Of a stretch of 64,000 nucleotides of DNA, positions 63,336 to 64,000 are shown piece after piece (positions within the stretch are counted from its first letter, which is position 1; the number at the start of each line of letters is the position of its first letter). The notes beneath the pieces were generated by a model, which worked only from the letters and a program-made list of their open reading frames with translations, ran no database searches and had not been told where the DNA came from. The position numbers were made by a program, and so were the translations under genes. The DNA is taken from NCBI RefSeq assembly GCF_001194135.2, contig NC_068984.1:70741727-70805726 (forward strand). The letters run 5' to 3'. This stretch comes from Octopus bimaculoides. Its lineage: Eukaryota.

Positions 63336-63604
63336 AATTGGTAAGTTGGTGGCCTCTTGTCTAAATTAGAAATAACAGCAACAGAAACAACAATAATCAT
63401 TCTTTCGAAGTTTGATTGATACAAGGCTAGCAATTTTGAGGGAAGTGTATTTGGAAATATCATCAACCCATTATTGAATTGCACTTTAATTTAGTGATTT
63501 TAACATGGTGAAAGGGAAAGTTAACTACACCTTGATTTGAACTCAGAATTTAATGATCTGGAATACAGTAAACCATTTTGTCCAGCACTCTAACAATTTT
63601 GCAA

Positions 63605-63655
<51 letters not shown>

Positions 63656-63665
63656 GATAATAATA

Positions 63666-64000
63666 AATCTAAAAGCAGAAACAATTCCTATCACAGTAGG
63701 CACCTTAGGTATGATAAAAAAATATTCAGACAAATACATAACAAAAACACCAGGACTTACAAATATAATTAACATACAGAAAATTGCACTACTGGGCACT
63801 GCACACATTCTACGCAAAAACACTTTCAATACAGCAACCATAAGAGCAACAGAGCAAACCAAAGCACATACCCAAGGCACACAGAGCTGCGCTCGGTAGT
63901 GAAGTGAAAGCACATTATAAAAATAAAACTACTGAATAATAATAATAATAAATCTAAAAGCAGAAACAATTCCTATCATAGTAGGCGCCTTAGGTATGAT
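63666..64000 (+). mobile_element. R4/Dong 3'-end unit in (AAT)n, repeated head-to-tail at a 285-bp period
   Basis: NLKAETIPITVGTLGMIKKYSDKYITKTPGLTNIINIQKIALLGTAHILRK plus a 3' UTR. The second copy starts with the same aatctaaaagcagaaacaattcctatc at 63951. Confidence 0.88.

Overview
AT-rich, repeat-dense eukaryotic DNA with 11 N-gaps, nearly all flanked by (TA)n/(TAGA)n microsatellites. The repeat content (CORE-type and Nin/Deu-type tRNA SINEs, RTE-X, R4/Dong, Penelope, many microsatellites) looks like an octopus or other coleoid cephalopod short-read assembly. That assignment is an inference from family recognition, not a search result. I found no host protein-coding exon I can support, so the window reads as intergenic or deep-intronic, and most ORF-track entries are microsatellite or gap artefacts. 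Recognisable content is decayed transposons: non-LTR relics (Hero, CRE, two R4/Dong subtypes, RTE-X with a PHD finger, CR1-like), Penelope-like (PLE) relics, a full-length IR/DR Tc1 (37318-39168) interrupted by a SINE, mariner, DD37D and pogo relics, hAT- and piggyBac-type MITEs, and several SINE families. The most interesting signal is five PLE-type minimal type-I hammerhead ribozyme folds. One has an intact core (21253-21294, minus). One sits inside a tRNA-headed, SINE-like element (61599-61851), a candidate Pol III / hammerhead non-autonomous retroelement. All translations and folds were done by eye and no database searches were run.
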